DNA of 64,000 bases, taken from positions 562 to 64,561 of the forward strand of contig JBGCFN010000014.1 of the NCBI GenBank assembly GCA_045106935.1. Reading direction: 5' to 3'. The translations under genes were made by a program, and so were the position numbers. The stretch's first letter is position 1. Each line of letters starts with the position of its first letter. The notes under the pieces were generated by a model that was not told the origin of the DNA, made no database searches, and was given only the letters and a program-made list of their open reading frames with translations. Below are positions 1 through 9,852 of the stretch, piece by piece. This DNA is from Gammaproteobacteria bacterium (lineage in GTDB: Bacteria; Pseudomonadota; Gammaproteobacteria; UBA4575).

Positions 1-2851
1 TGGTATCGTTGTTTTGAATACAATGTCTAATTCATTGAAAAGTTCTACCTATAGTCAATTAGAATCAATGCGTTTGAATAAGGCTCAACAAATTGAAGAC
101 TATTTTTCAAATATTGAAAATCAGCTAACTACATTGTCAAATAATGTGATGACAAAGGAAGCGATTAACGCTTTCAATTATTCTTTTTTTGCGGATACAG
201 ATAAATTCTTAGGTGATTCTTTAAATAATTATAAAGAATCAGTTGAATCATATTATAAAGAGCAATTTGCTAAAAATTATCAGGTCGTTAATGGCGAAAG
301 TGTCGATTACACAAGCGTCATCCCAACTTCTGAATACGCTATATTTCATCAATACAATTATATTTCAAATTCAGAATTTAACTTGGGCGAAAAAGATAAA
401 CTGAATAACTCTAATAATTCACCCATATATGATAATGCACATGAAAAATATCATTCTACTTTTAAAGAATTCCAACATAAATTTGGTTATTACGATGTAT
501 TTTTAGTTGAACCAGATAATGGGTATATTGTTTATTCAGTATTTAAAGAATTAGATTATGCGACTAGTCTTATTGATGGGCCCTATAGTAGCAGCGGTAT
601 AGCTAAAGCGTTCAAAGCAGCAATGAAAATTAATGAGAGTAATGTGGTTGTTGCAGAAGATTACTCACCTTATATACCTTCATATAATGCACCTGCATCA
701 TTTATGGCCTCACCAATTTATGATGGAGAAAACCTGTTAGGTGTCTTAATTTTCCAAATGCCGGTCGATAATATTAATTCAGTGACAAATACGATTGATG
801 GTCTGGGCGACACTGGACAAATAACACTGCTAGGTGGCGATAAATTAATGCGTAATCAATCAAGGCTGATTGAAAGCTCTACCTTGTTAACAACGAAAGT
901 CGATAATGATTTAGTGCGAAAAGCATTTTCTGGTGAAAGCGGTGTTAACGAATATATTGACGAAAATGGCCAAAGTGTTTTATCTGCTTATGCACCATTA
1001 AATTTGAATACTTATGATTGGGTGATACAAGCCTCTATTAATAAAGATGAAGCGTTTATAGCCATGGCGTCACTTAAAACCAAGTTGATGCAACTTGCGC
1101 TGGGTTTGATAGTTTTAGTATCTGTTTTGGCATTTTTCGTAATGCGTGGTGTTTCAAAACAATTAGGGGGCGACCCTAGTGAGCTTCTCGATATAGCCGA
1201 TGACATTGTCAATGGGCGTTTTGAGAGTGCAGCTGCAGATGCACATAAGGATGCTAAAGCAGTGGGTGTCTATGCTGGGATGATAAAAATGCAAAAGACA
1301 TTAAGAGATTCTATTGAAGAAGATAGAGCGAAGACAAGAAGAATGGAGCGTGCAAAGCAAGCATTAGATAATGTTTCATCAAGTGTTGTTGTTACCAATG
1401 TTGATTTAGAAATTATTTATGTAAATCAGCGAGCGATATCATTATTTTCAAAATTAGAGTCTGCATTCAAACGCGAACTACCTCATTTTAATGCAAAAAG
1501 CTTAATTGGCTCAGATATCGATGTTTTCTTTAAAGAACCTGGGAAGCAACGTGCTGAGTTTAATGTTTTATCAAGTTCAAGTGTAAGCGACTTCTTGATT
1601 GGAGATCATTCGATTAGGATGACATTAAATCCTATTATTGATGAATTTAACGAGCGTATTGGCACTGTCATAGAGTGGAAAGATATGACTGTAGAAATTG
1701 CTGTGGAAAATGAAGTTCAAGCTTTAGTTGAATCTGCACTGCATGGTGATTTGAGTCAGCGCATCACATTGGAAAATAAAAATGGATTTACTCGTCGATT
1801 AAGTTTGGGGATTAACGAACTAATCGGTGTGTCTGAAGCCGTTATCAATGACACTATTCGAGTGTTGAGTGCTATATCTCATGGTGATTTGAATGAGAAA
1901 ATTGAATCAGAATATAAAGGTGCTTTTGGTAAATTAAAAAATGATGCTAACAGCACAGTTGATAAGTTAACAGAAATTGTTGGTGAAATCAGAAATTCAA
2001 GTAATTTAGTGAGTTCAGCGGCTGATGAGATTTCTAATGGAACAATGAATCTTAGTCACCGTACTGAAGCGCAAGCGGCAAATATTGAAGAAACTTCGGC
2101 TAGTATGGAAGAAATGACGAGTTCAGTAAAAAATAATGCCGATAATTCGAGAAAAGCTAATGAGTTTGCAATTGAAGCCAGTGAGTTAGCAAGTAATAGT
2201 GATTCCGTGATGAATGACACCATGACAGCAATGTCAAAAATTAATGATGCCAGTGCTAAGATTGCAGATATTATTGGAGTCATTGATGAAATTGCATTTC
2301 AAACGAATCTGCTTGCACTTAATGCTGCAGTCGAAGCGGCACGTGCAGGAGAGCAAGGTAGAGGTTTTGCTGTGGTCGCTACAGAAGTTCGTAATTTAGC
2401 GGGTCGAAGTGCTACAGCGGCTAAAGAAATTAAAGAGCTCATTGAAGACAGTGTGGATAAAGTAGAAGAAGGAAGCACTTTGGTTAATCAATCAGGGCGG
2501 ACATTAGAATCAATTATATCTAGTATTAAACAGGTTGCTGAATTAATAGGCGATATTACTTATGCATCAAATGAACAAGCCAATGGAATTGAACAGGTAA
2601 ACAAAGCTATTAATAGTATGGACGAAGCAACACAAAACAACTCAGCACTTGTAGAGCAAGCCTCAGCTGCTGCAGAATCGATGAGTGAACAGAGTAATGA
2701 GCTAAGACAACTCGTTAGCTTCTTCAAATATAATGATAGTCCATCCAGTGCATTAGACGTCTTTTCAACCAACTCATCCATCTCTGATCATCGAGCTGAT
2801 CTGGAATCAACAGAGATCGAATTCAAGCGAGTGGCGGGAAATGAGTTTTGA
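1..2851 (+). CDS. Methyl-accepting chemotaxis protein, 5'-partial. Domain order: dCache-type periplasmic sensor, TM, HAMP, PAS, MCP signalling domain. The true start lies upstream of the window.
   Basis: The 945-aa ORF is open to the window edge, and the annotated start is a TTG at 14. The C-terminal half carries the conserved MCP signalling region ([38 protein letters not shown]). A TM segment [17 protein letters not shown] follows a ~330-aa Cache-like N-terminal region. No N-terminal TM or signal is present, so the gene is truncated. Confidence 0.85.
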   Translation, partial: GIVVLNTMSNSLKSSTYSQLESMRLNKAQQIEDYFSNIENQLTTLSNNVMTKEAINAFNYSFFADTDKFLGDSLNNYKESVESYYKEQFAKNYQVVNGESVDYTSVIPTSEYAIFHQYNYISNSEFNLGEKDKLNNSNNSPIYDNAHEKYHSTFKEFQHKFGYYDVFLVEPDNGYIVYSVFKELDYATSLIDGPYSSSGIAKAFKAAMKINESNVVVAEDYSPYIPSYNAPASFMASPIYDGENLLGVLIFQMPVDNINSVTNTIDGLGDTGQITLLGGDKLMRNQSRLIESSTLLTTKVDNDLVRKAFSGESGVNEYIDENGQSVLSAYAPLNLNTYDWVIQASINKDEAFIAMASLKTKLMQLALGLIVLVSVLAFFVMRGVSKQLGGDPSELLDIADDIVNGRFESAAADAHKDAKAVGVYAGMIKMQKTLRDSIEEDRAKTRRMERAKQALDNVSSSVVVTNVDLEIIYVNQRAISLFSKLESAFKRELPHFNAKSLIGSDIDVFFKEPGKQRAEFNVLSSSSVSDFLIGDHSIRMTLNPIIDEFNERIGTVIEWKDMTVEIAVENEVQALVESALHGDLSQRITLENKNGFTRRLSLGINELIGVSEAVINDTIRVLSAISHGDLNEKIESEYKGAFGKLKNDANSTVDKLTEIVGEIRNSSNLVSSAADEISNGTMNLSHRTEAQAANIEETSASMEEMTSSVKNNADNSRKANEFAIEASELASNSDSVMNDTMTAMSKINDASAKIADIIGVIDEIAFQTNLLALNAAVEAARAGEQGRGFAVVATEVRNLAGRSATAAKEIKELIEDSVDKVEEGSTLVNQSGRTLESIISSIKQVAELIGDITYASNEQANGIEQVNKAINSMDEATQNNSALVEQASAAAESMSEQSNELRQLVSFFKYNDSPSSALDVFSTNSSISDHRADLESTEIEFKRVAGNEF

Positions 2852-3368
2852 ATGCCAAGCTAATATAGTCGACTGGTTCTACATATAATATGTATCTCCA
2901 TTCTATTATTCTTTAGTCTAGTTCCTCTTCATTGCCAAATGTATGCACTTTCGGTATCTGAATGATTAATCATAATCGACTCAATCTTTGATGGATCACT
3001 ATATAGTGTAAACATGTTTGCACAGAAGAAAGGGATCAGAACCCTTTGATAATTAACAAATCAACTGAATATTTAGTTTAATCTGTGCAATAGTTTTGAG
3101 AATTAAAGTGATATGAATTCTTGTCTCTTTGAATAATCCCATTAATACTAATCACTCTGCTGTTAGGTGGTGTTTTCTGATCATTTATATGATTTAGATC
3201 ATATATTGAATGCTAATTTGAATTTAATCTAGGGAGGAAGTGCAGCCTGTTTTGTCGCTATATTTTCAATCTTGAACTGAGCTGAGAACTCCAGTGGAAA
3301 GTAATAGGATGGAGATATTACTCTGATGTTTATTATTTTATTGAAGATTAATAAGAAGGATAGCTTTA

Positions 3369-3704
3369 ATGGATAAATATTGGGAGTTGATAGATCGATT
3401 AGATTATAGAAGAAGAAATGTTGAATTGGATGATGTTTCTTCTGAAAATAAGGTTCAGGAATTGGAGAAAGGCAGTAAGGTAAAGCTTATTTTTGAATCA
3501 ATTAATGATGATGTTGGTGCGCAGTCCATTGAGTTGCTATGGGTTGAGATATTGCTCGTTCAAAATGATAAGTATTTGGGGCAGCTAGAAGATGATCCAA
3601 CACATATAAATAAGTTGCAAAGAGGTGAGCTAATTGAATTTGAGGACTGTCATGTATTTGAGTCAGAATATGTTGATCCGTTTAATTCTAGTATCAAAGT
3701 TTAG
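3369..3704 (+). CDS. Hypothetical protein (111 aa)
   Basis: Clean ORF in an AT-rich accessory patch. No recognisable motif. A convergent gene lies downstream. Confidence 0.45.
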   Translation: MDKYWELIDRLDYRRRNVELDDVSSENKVQELEKGSKVKLIFESINDDVGAQSIELLWVEILLVQNDKYLGQLEDDPTHINKLQRGELIEFEDCHVFESEYVDPFNSSIKV

Positions 3705-3981
3705 TGGCTTTGATTTGCCTGGTTAATTTAGAATTTTTTAGACCAACTAATCCCTAGTTCAAACTGTTGCATTTCAAGTTCAATTGTTTGTGTCGGGTCA
3801 AATGCATTGGCGCCTTCCACGGACTCCTTTAATGCATGCATCAGCAAAAAGCTGATTTCACTTATTTCAAATGATATATATCAGGCTAAGTTAAATAAAA
3901 AATGAAGCGAATAGCGTTTAGTTTATGGCGCTAGCCTAAGCGCTGCATAATTAGCTAGCTACCGCTTAAGCTTTGTTGAAA

Positions 3982-4590
3982 CTACATGCCATTATTGAAT
4001 TTATCATTAAATAGTTGTGTAGTTTCACGCATTGGCTTTAAAGCGTTGGCATAACCAATTAATATATCTAGAGCCCAGTTAATTCGTGCTTGGTAATATG
4101 TGTGAGACTTTGCATTATTGTTTTCTTCGTTTTCATTTAAGATGCTTTCTACGTGGCGTAGAATTAATTGTTCGGGAATATAACAAATGCGATTATTTTT
4201 GTAGCTGCTCATTCTAAGCTCAGCAATAGGGTATGCACCTCCATCACCTGACGAGACTGACACGAGCAATGCCGGTTTGTGGCCAAGCTCTTTGTTGCTG
4301 AAGAGTAAGAAAAAATTCTTCAATCCTGAAGGAACTTGTCCATGCCATTCAGGTGAAATAATAATGAAGCCATCACATTCAGTCAGGGATTTTTTTATTG
4401 GTGTTAACCGTTCAACCCAGGCAGGGTCATTTTCCCAAATTGACTGGTCCCAGAGTGGTAGAGGGTTGTTTGCTAATGAGTACTGCCATGTCTCAGTGTG
4501 TGAGTCAGCGAGGCAGCCGTTAATATAATTAGCTACTTTGTCACTCTGTGAGGGGCTGCGATGACTTCCGCTGATAATTCCAATTTTCAT
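3982..4590 (-). CDS. NADPH-dependent FMN reductase family oxidoreductase (flavodoxin-like fold)
   Basis: N-terminus MKIGIISGSHRSPSQS... and the motif ISPEWHGQVPSGLKNF are typical of the NADPH-dependent FMN reductase (ArsH/ChrR-like) family. Length 202 aa. Confidence 0.75.
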   Translation of the reverse strand: MKIGIISGSHRSPSQSDKVANYINGCLADSHTETWQYSLANNPLPLWDQSIWENDPAWVERLTPIKKSLTECDGFIIISPEWHGQVPSGLKNFFLLFSNKELGHKPALLVSVSSGDGGAYPIAELRMSSYKNNRICYIPEQLILRHVESILNENEENNNAKSHTYYQARINWALDILIGYANALKPMRETTQLFNDKFNNGM

Positions 4591-4638
4591 GTTTATCCTT
4601 TATCTGCTTAGTATTTTCTAATCGTATAATTTTATTGA

Positions 4639-5877
4639 TTAATTGAAGATATAATTAGAGTTAATTTCAAGATGACTTAACAATGTTTTATGCACCGGGC
4701 ATCGATCCGCTACTTCGATTAAACGATCTCTTTGTTTTTCATCTAGTTCACCTTCGATTGTAATGACTTTTTCAATGAGTTCTATTTTGCAATTGTCTTT
4801 AGCATGCTGGCCACAATCAGTGCTATGAATGCGCGAATGCTTAAGTTTGACTTCAATATTATCGACTTTCCAGCCTTTGTGATTACAATACATGCGTAAG
4901 GTCATTGAAGTGCAGGTGCCTAATGATGAAAGTAATTGTTCGTAAGGATCAGGCCCTAGATTTTCTCCGCCATGAATCTTGGGTTCATCTGATAACCATT
5001 GATGGTCGTCGCTAAACACTTCGCGTAAAAATTTAGTATTTGCTTCGCCTATCTTTACTTCGCCTTGTTGCACATTGTTTGCTGCATCGCCTGCAACAGT
5101 AATGTAACGAGCTGCCCAAGCTGCGATAGTGTTGGCCACATATTCAGTATCTTCAACACGGCTTAATAAGTGATCTGCTTTATCTAAGGTGATAAAGCTT
5201 TTGGGGTGTTTGGCTTCAACAAAAATATGAGTGGCCTCATCTATGGAAACTATTTCATCTAAAGGAGAGTGAAGGACTAGTATCGCTTTGCGTAATTTAT
5301 TGAATTCGGTAGCAGATGAATGAGTATTCAAGTCATCGACGAATTGTTTTTTTATTTCATATGAATTGCCTGCAATATTGATTGACAAGGATTCATCTGC
5401 AGTTAACTGGTTAACCTTGTCTGGAAAATGCTTAAGAATATGATTGGGTTTTGCTGGTGAGCCAATGGATACCACGGCTTGGCATTCTGGAATAGCTTTT
5501 GCTGCATAAAGTGCTGCAGTGCCTCCAAGGCTATGGCCAATTAAAAGCTGGGGAGAGCGGTATTTTTCTCCTAGGTAATTGGCGGCGGATACTAAGTCGT
5601 CAATATTGCTTGTAAAGTTTGAATTGCTGAAATCGCCTTCTGAGTCACCAATGCCCATAAAATCAAGTCGCATGACGGCGATACCATGGGAGGCTAAATG
5701 ACGAGATATGCGTGATGCGGCTGATATATCTTTGCCGCATGAAAAGCAATGTGCAAATAATGCAAAATATTTTATCGAGATATCCGGTAACTCGAGTTCT
5801 GCAGATAAACTAATGCCGGAACTATTTTCGAACTGAATTTTCTTTCGTTTAGTCATTCGCATGAAGGGCCACATCAT
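4639..5877 (-). CDS. Bifunctional alpha/beta hydrolase / OsmC-family protein
   Basis: The N-terminal part has the GHSLGG nucleophile elbow of alpha/beta hydrolases. The C-terminal ~130 aa resemble OsmC/Ohr peroxiredoxin-like proteins (Cys-containing, ...GLGTCTSMTL...CPVHKTL). Length 412 aa. Confidence 0.7.
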   Translation of the reverse strand: MMWPFMRMTKRKKIQFENSSGISLSAELELPDISIKYFALFAHCFSCGKDISAASRISRHLASHGIAVMRLDFMGIGDSEGDFSNSNFTSNIDDLVSAANYLGEKYRSPQLLIGHSLGGTAALYAAKAIPECQAVVSIGSPAKPNHILKHFPDKVNQLTADESLSINIAGNSYEIKKQFVDDLNTHSSATEFNKLRKAILVLHSPLDEIVSIDEATHIFVEAKHPKSFITLDKADHLLSRVEDTEYVANTIAAWAARYITVAGDAANNVQQGEVKIGEANTKFLREVFSDDHQWLSDEPKIHGGENLGPDPYEQLLSSLGTCTSMTLRMYCNHKGWKVDNIEVKLKHSRIHSTDCGQHAKDNCKIELIEKVITIEGELDEKQRDRLIEVADRCPVHKTLLSHLEINSNYIFN

Positions 5878-6066
5878 TAGTGATATGTCATTATTACTGA
5901 TATATCGGTAATTTGAAATAAAACTAGGTCATAGTGTTTAGTTATGGATAGGCTTATTTGATTGGGAATTAAGGAGCTGGTTTAAGAATAATATTTAAAA
6001 ATTAATGGAATAATTTTCTGGATGTCTGCTAATAGATCTAATAAATCAGCATGTGATTTCATCAAG

Positions 6067-6100
6067 CATAAAAAAAGCCCACGACATAACGCGGGCTTTT
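6067..6100 (-). terminator. Rho-independent terminator for the cytochrome-lipoprotein gene
   Basis: The minus strand reads GCCCGCG-ttatgtc-GTGGGC followed by TTTTTTT (plus strand AAAAAAAGCCCACGACATAACGCGGGCTTTTTATT). It lies 20 nt downstream of the 6122 stop. Confidence 0.6.
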
Positions 6101-6121
6101 TATTAGGTGCAAATGCCAGGA

Positions 6122-7861
6122 TTAAGGCACTACTGAGAAATTATTCAGCATGTATTTAGCAATATTGCTAGCACATGTTGCATCACAGTTGCCTTCATTA
6201 CCTGGCGGCATTTCATCTTGTATATAGGTAGTTAGTGCTGCTTCATCTAAGCAGTCAACTAAGCCACACATATTATTAACTGGGCCAATAATGAAATCGT
6301 AGAAGATAGCGGTGCCTTGCCCCGTGGCGCCGTGGCAAACATCACAGTTATTACCCACTGCTTCGTAGGCAACTTTACCTAACTCAAATGGATTTTCTTC
6401 ATTATCTTCATTGGTTGCAGATACAGTGATAGCGGCTAATCCTGTGTAGGCAGGATCGGCACTTGTGATGGTGTTTGATATTTCATAAGCCTGATTAAGA
6501 TCAAACACAGCATCGTCTATCCCGGTTACGGTCACGGTTTGTGCTATATCCCAGTTGGTGTTATCAAAGTTTAATGTAGCTTTATCGACTGTTCCTTCAA
6601 GAATGTTGCTGCTCGCGACAGCAATTGATACCGGTGCATTAGGCATCGATTGAAGCACTACAGTGTATGAGGCTGTACCTCCCGCTTCAGTGGTCATGAG
6701 CCCCATGGTGGGTGTGACAAGTACACCTGGGTTGCCTGCTTCGTTATCAATATTGGTGACTGATACATCCGATGCATCTAAGGCTGAATAATCAGCATCT
6801 GCACTAACAGCCGCTGCAGTGACTACCATATAGGTGATCGGTCCGTCTTGAATTCCATCGTCAACACCGGTGATAGTGACCGTTTTTGCATTAAAGTCTG
6901 CATTAGTAAATACCAAGCTTGCCGGTGAAACCGTGCCTTCAGTGGTATCCATGCTGCTAATACCAATTGTGACATCCGCGGTTGGCATAGTGTCCAGTGA
7001 GACTGAGAACGTAGTCGTTGTAGCATTCTCGCTGGTTGTTAGGCCATTGATAGGTGTGACTGTGATCCCTGCAGGAATAAAGACTTCATTGTCTGTATTT
7101 GTCATGGTGACGTCTGCTGGATTAATCCCCATATAGTCAGTATCGGCAGTGACAACTGGACTCGTGACAGCAGTATATGTTTGTGGTCCATCTATGTCGC
7201 CGTCATCAACACCTGTGACTGTGACAGATTGATTGACGCTCCAGTTAGTGGCATCAAATGTTAATGTGATTAAGTTGGCTGGATTGATAGTGCCTTCAGT
7301 AATGTCGTCAATGGCTATATTAATATTTACATCAGCCGTAGGCTCAGTGTTTAGTCTGACGGAAAATGTCGCGGTGGTCGCATCTTCACTAGTGGAAATA
7401 TTCGCAGTTGGCTCCACTGTCACGCCTGCGACAGGGGGTGGCGAAGGAATATTTGGAGTAATCCATGATTCCATCATAAAGACAGCAATATCATGTGCGC
7501 ATGTACCTGGAGTGCTACCTGAACATGAGGCGGACCCAGCACCAGGAGGCATGGTTGCCGCAATATCTGCGGCTAAGGTGGCGACATCTGTGCAAGAAGG
7601 ACATGTGTTTGGAGAAACTGTATTAATGGCTTGGAATGTACCACCTTGGCCATCTGCGCCATGACATCCAACACAACCTAACGCAGGTTGCGCGTAAAAA
7701 TCAGCACCACTTTGTGCCACAGTATTGCCTGGTGGAACCACGGTGGTTGGTGTTGAGGTGGTCGTCTCTCCTGAGCTTTCGCCAGACGACTGTCCTCCAC
7801 AAGCATATAAAGACGCAAGAACAGCTAGTGATAATAAAGTGACTCGAATTGCATGCAACAT
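6122..7861 (-). CDS. Lipoprotein with N- and C-terminal class-I cytochrome c domains (CxxCH ... MPPG) and three internal ~110-aa Calx-beta/cadherin-like beta-sandwich repeats
   Basis: A signal peptide and lipobox are present (LLSLAVLASLYAC-GG). CVGCHG lies at aa 63-68 with TMPPG about 40 aa downstream, and CDVCHG at aa 506-511 with EMPPG downstream. Three repeats share T..TF.V.L...PTADV.I.I...D.TEGT..P..L.F...NW...QTVTVTGVDD...DG...Y.....S.D..Y.G.....V...N.DNE. GC content is visibly higher than in neighbouring genes. Confidence 0.7.
   Translation of the reverse strand: MLHAIRVTLLSLAVLASLYACGGQSSGESSGETTTSTPTTVVPPGNTVAQSGADFYAQPALGCVGCHGADGQGGTFQAINTVSPNTCPSCTDVATLAADIAATMPPGAGSASCSGSTPGTCAHDIAVFMMESWITPNIPSPPPVAGVTVEPTANISTSEDATTATFSVRLNTEPTADVNINIAIDDITEGTINPANLITLTFDATNWSVNQSVTVTGVDDGDIDGPQTYTAVTSPVVTADTDYMGINPADVTMTNTDNEVFIPAGITVTPINGLTTSENATTTTFSVSLDTMPTADVTIGISSMDTTEGTVSPASLVFTNADFNAKTVTITGVDDGIQDGPITYMVVTAAAVSADADYSALDASDVSVTNIDNEAGNPGVLVTPTMGLMTTEAGGTASYTVVLQSMPNAPVSIAVASSNILEGTVDKATLNFDNTNWDIAQTVTVTGIDDAVFDLNQAYEISNTITSADPAYTGLAAITVSATNEDNEENPFELGKVAYEAVGNNCDVCHGATGQGTAIFYDFIIGPVNNMCGLVDCLDEAALTTYIQDEMPPGNEGNCDATCASNIAKYMLNNFSVVP
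6404..7426. repeat. Intragenic tandem triplication (3 x ~330 nt) encoding the beta-sandwich repeats of the cytochrome lipoprotein
   Basis: The three protein-level repeats align with one another at roughly 35-45% identity by eye. DNA-level identity is probably modest. Confidence 0.55.
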
Positions 7862-8203
7862 TTTTAACCCCTCATGGTTTTACGCTGTTACCGCGAAATA
7901 AAACTAATTTTTATTATTATTGAATCAATGATTGAGATTCATGCATCTGTATCGACACACAATTAATTTAAAATTATGTGACGCATTCTTGGTAATTTTG
8001 ATGCCTTAAAACCGGCGGTGCCGATGATCGGTATTTTTTTACCTACCAATGGAAGAAGAAGTGATTAGGAAGTTGTTGACTTGCAAGCTCTTGACCAGCG
8101 TTGACAGATACTTAGTAAAGATAGCTATAAAGTATCAATGAAAGTCTAGAATATTGGGGAAGTTAGGCGAAAGGTTAAGTTAGGATGATAAGACATTTAT
8201 GTA

Positions 8204-8473
8204 TTATGCTGATTCTGAGAATAATTCTGTTTCTTTCATTGCTTCTACATAGGCCTGTGCGCTTTGTGCAAAATCAAGAAACTCATGTTTGCTCATATCC
8301 GCATACAATTTCCAGAAAGGCTTTTTGCTGAATCCGATATGTAAGCCACCTAAATTCTGGCAATCACAGAAGGTAATTGTGAGTTGGTGGTGTAGATAGT
8401 GCGAATGCGTATTCATGTTGCATATTGGGCATAGCGTGCAAATTCCTTTGCCGGCAATAATATTTTTATTCAT
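8204..8473 (-). CDS. Cysteine/histidine-rich small hypothetical protein, putative metal-binding (89 aa)
   Basis: CTLCPICNMNTHSHYLHH...FCDC gives a C-x2-C-x2-C...C-x-C cluster plus a His run. Isolated ORF. Confidence 0.4.
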   Translation of the reverse strand: MNKNIIAGKGICTLCPICNMNTHSHYLHHQLTITFCDCQNLGGLHIGFSKKPFWKLYADMSKHEFLDFAQSAQAYVEAMKETELFSESA

Positions 8474-8765
8474 GTGGTGGTTGTTTGCTAGTTAATAATA
8501 AATGACAGTATCTTTCTGAATTGTTACTAGAATATGAATAGTTGTTTGTTTCTATGTCGTGACATTCTTTTTATGAAATGGCTGTGCGATTCAAACGCTA
8601 TTATCAACGGGTTTAGTGTGGATAAATGGCTATAATTTTCAGATGGGTAGACCATGTTTTTTTGACCGAGTAGTCATTCTAGGCGTTACACTAAGCGATA
8701 ACATATTTATGTAATAAATATTGTGTGTACTACAAGGATGAATAAAACTAAATGGAGACAGCAAT

Positions 8766-9107
8766 ATGAAAGATATGGTGATTGATGCCTGTAAGTGGTA
8801 CGTGGATGAAAGTTCTGAAGAGAAAGTTAAGGAAAAAGCTGCAGAAGAATTTTCGAATCGCTATAAGCCATTACTACATTTCTTTAAGGAAACTGGCTTA
8901 GTTCATGAGGATAAAGTTGAAGAAAGGAACTGGCTGGATTTTGAATTGAAAATGTCAGATTTTACTGATGAAGGGCTTGAGTTGTTAATGTTGTGTCATG
9001 ATAAATGGCTGGATGCCATTTCGCGTGGATCTAATCCAGGCAATATTACATTATGGCAAAGACAGCTAATTAGATTGAGAGAAGAAGACCCAATGCTTCT
9101 ACACTAA
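8766..9107 (+). CDS. Hypothetical protein (113 aa)
   Basis: Clean ORF with a GGAG 8 nt upstream of the ATG. A TGn-extended TATAAT lies about 130 nt upstream (8620-8640). Confidence 0.5.
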   Translation: MKDMVIDACKWYVDESSEEKVKEKAAEEFSNRYKPLLHFFKETGLVHEDKVEERNWLDFELKMSDFTDEGLELLMLCHDKWLDAISRGSNPGNITLWQRQLIRLREEDPMLLH

Positions 9108-9117
9108 GGTGAATAGC

Positions 9118-9600
9118 TTAGTACCAGTAGAATAAAAATATCTCGTATAACACGAGTGTTGAATATACTGTTAAAGCAAATTTAAGCAGAATATCCACTC
9201 TAAGCGTGTTAAATAATTTTGAGTGGTAATGAGCGACGAGCACTAGAATGCATATTGAGGTAAGTGCAAGCTTGGTATACACAAATGCATGAATGCTGTG
9301 ACTCAACAGATAATTCATGAATGGATTGACTTCAACCGCACCATTGTTTAGTAATGTCATGGTCATGGCCGCATCAGTCACTGATAAGAATAATATCGCT
9401 AATGCCATAATAAACAGTTTGGTGTCATACCAATCTGTTTGGTAATGGGCAAAGCTATTCGATCGACGTTGTTCTCGGCGTTGAGTCTTAATGCAACCTA
9501 ATAAAAATCCGGTAAAAGTAGGCGCTCTGCGATCTCGTTTTTCGCGACGCTCTGATTGTTTACTAGGGATAACTTTTTGTTCGCTTCCAATAGTGCTCAC
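9118..9600 (-). CDS. DUF5658-like small membrane protein with an Arg-rich N-terminus
   Basis: N-terminal ...SERREKRDRRAP..., then 3-4 TM helices with the VEVNPFMNYLL motif. Length 160 aa. Confidence 0.5.
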   Translation of the reverse strand: MSTIGSEQKVIPSKQSERREKRDRRAPTFTGFLLGCIKTQRREQRRSNSFAHYQTDWYDTKLFIMALAILFLSVTDAAMTMTLLNNGAVEVNPFMNYLLSHSIHAFVYTKLALTSICILVLVAHYHSKLFNTLRVDILLKFALTVYSTLVLYEIFLFYWY

Positions 9601-9852
9601 GATGATGAGTTTATTCTAAGTTTGTGTGGACCCTACTATCCCATAGCTTCGGAAATAATGCTTTGCGTATAGCTTGAACGAGTTCACAGTTATTGCTTTT
9701 ATTTGTCTTTGGTTGATTGAATTGATAACACCAAGTCGCCAATGCGGTGATGGGCTTAGAGCGGTAATATGTGCAGAAAATAATAAAATTGTCTGTCATT
9801 GACATAGTTAGTGAAAGCTTGATTCAATTAGTTCAAGCTAGCTGTAAAGATT

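Noticed and set aside
3705-3981. Possible bidirectional terminator between the convergent genes 3369..3704 and 3982..4590
   Set aside because: There are only short imperfect stems (GGCGCT...AGCGC, CAGCaaaaaGCTG) with no adjacent U-tract, so I did not call a terminator.
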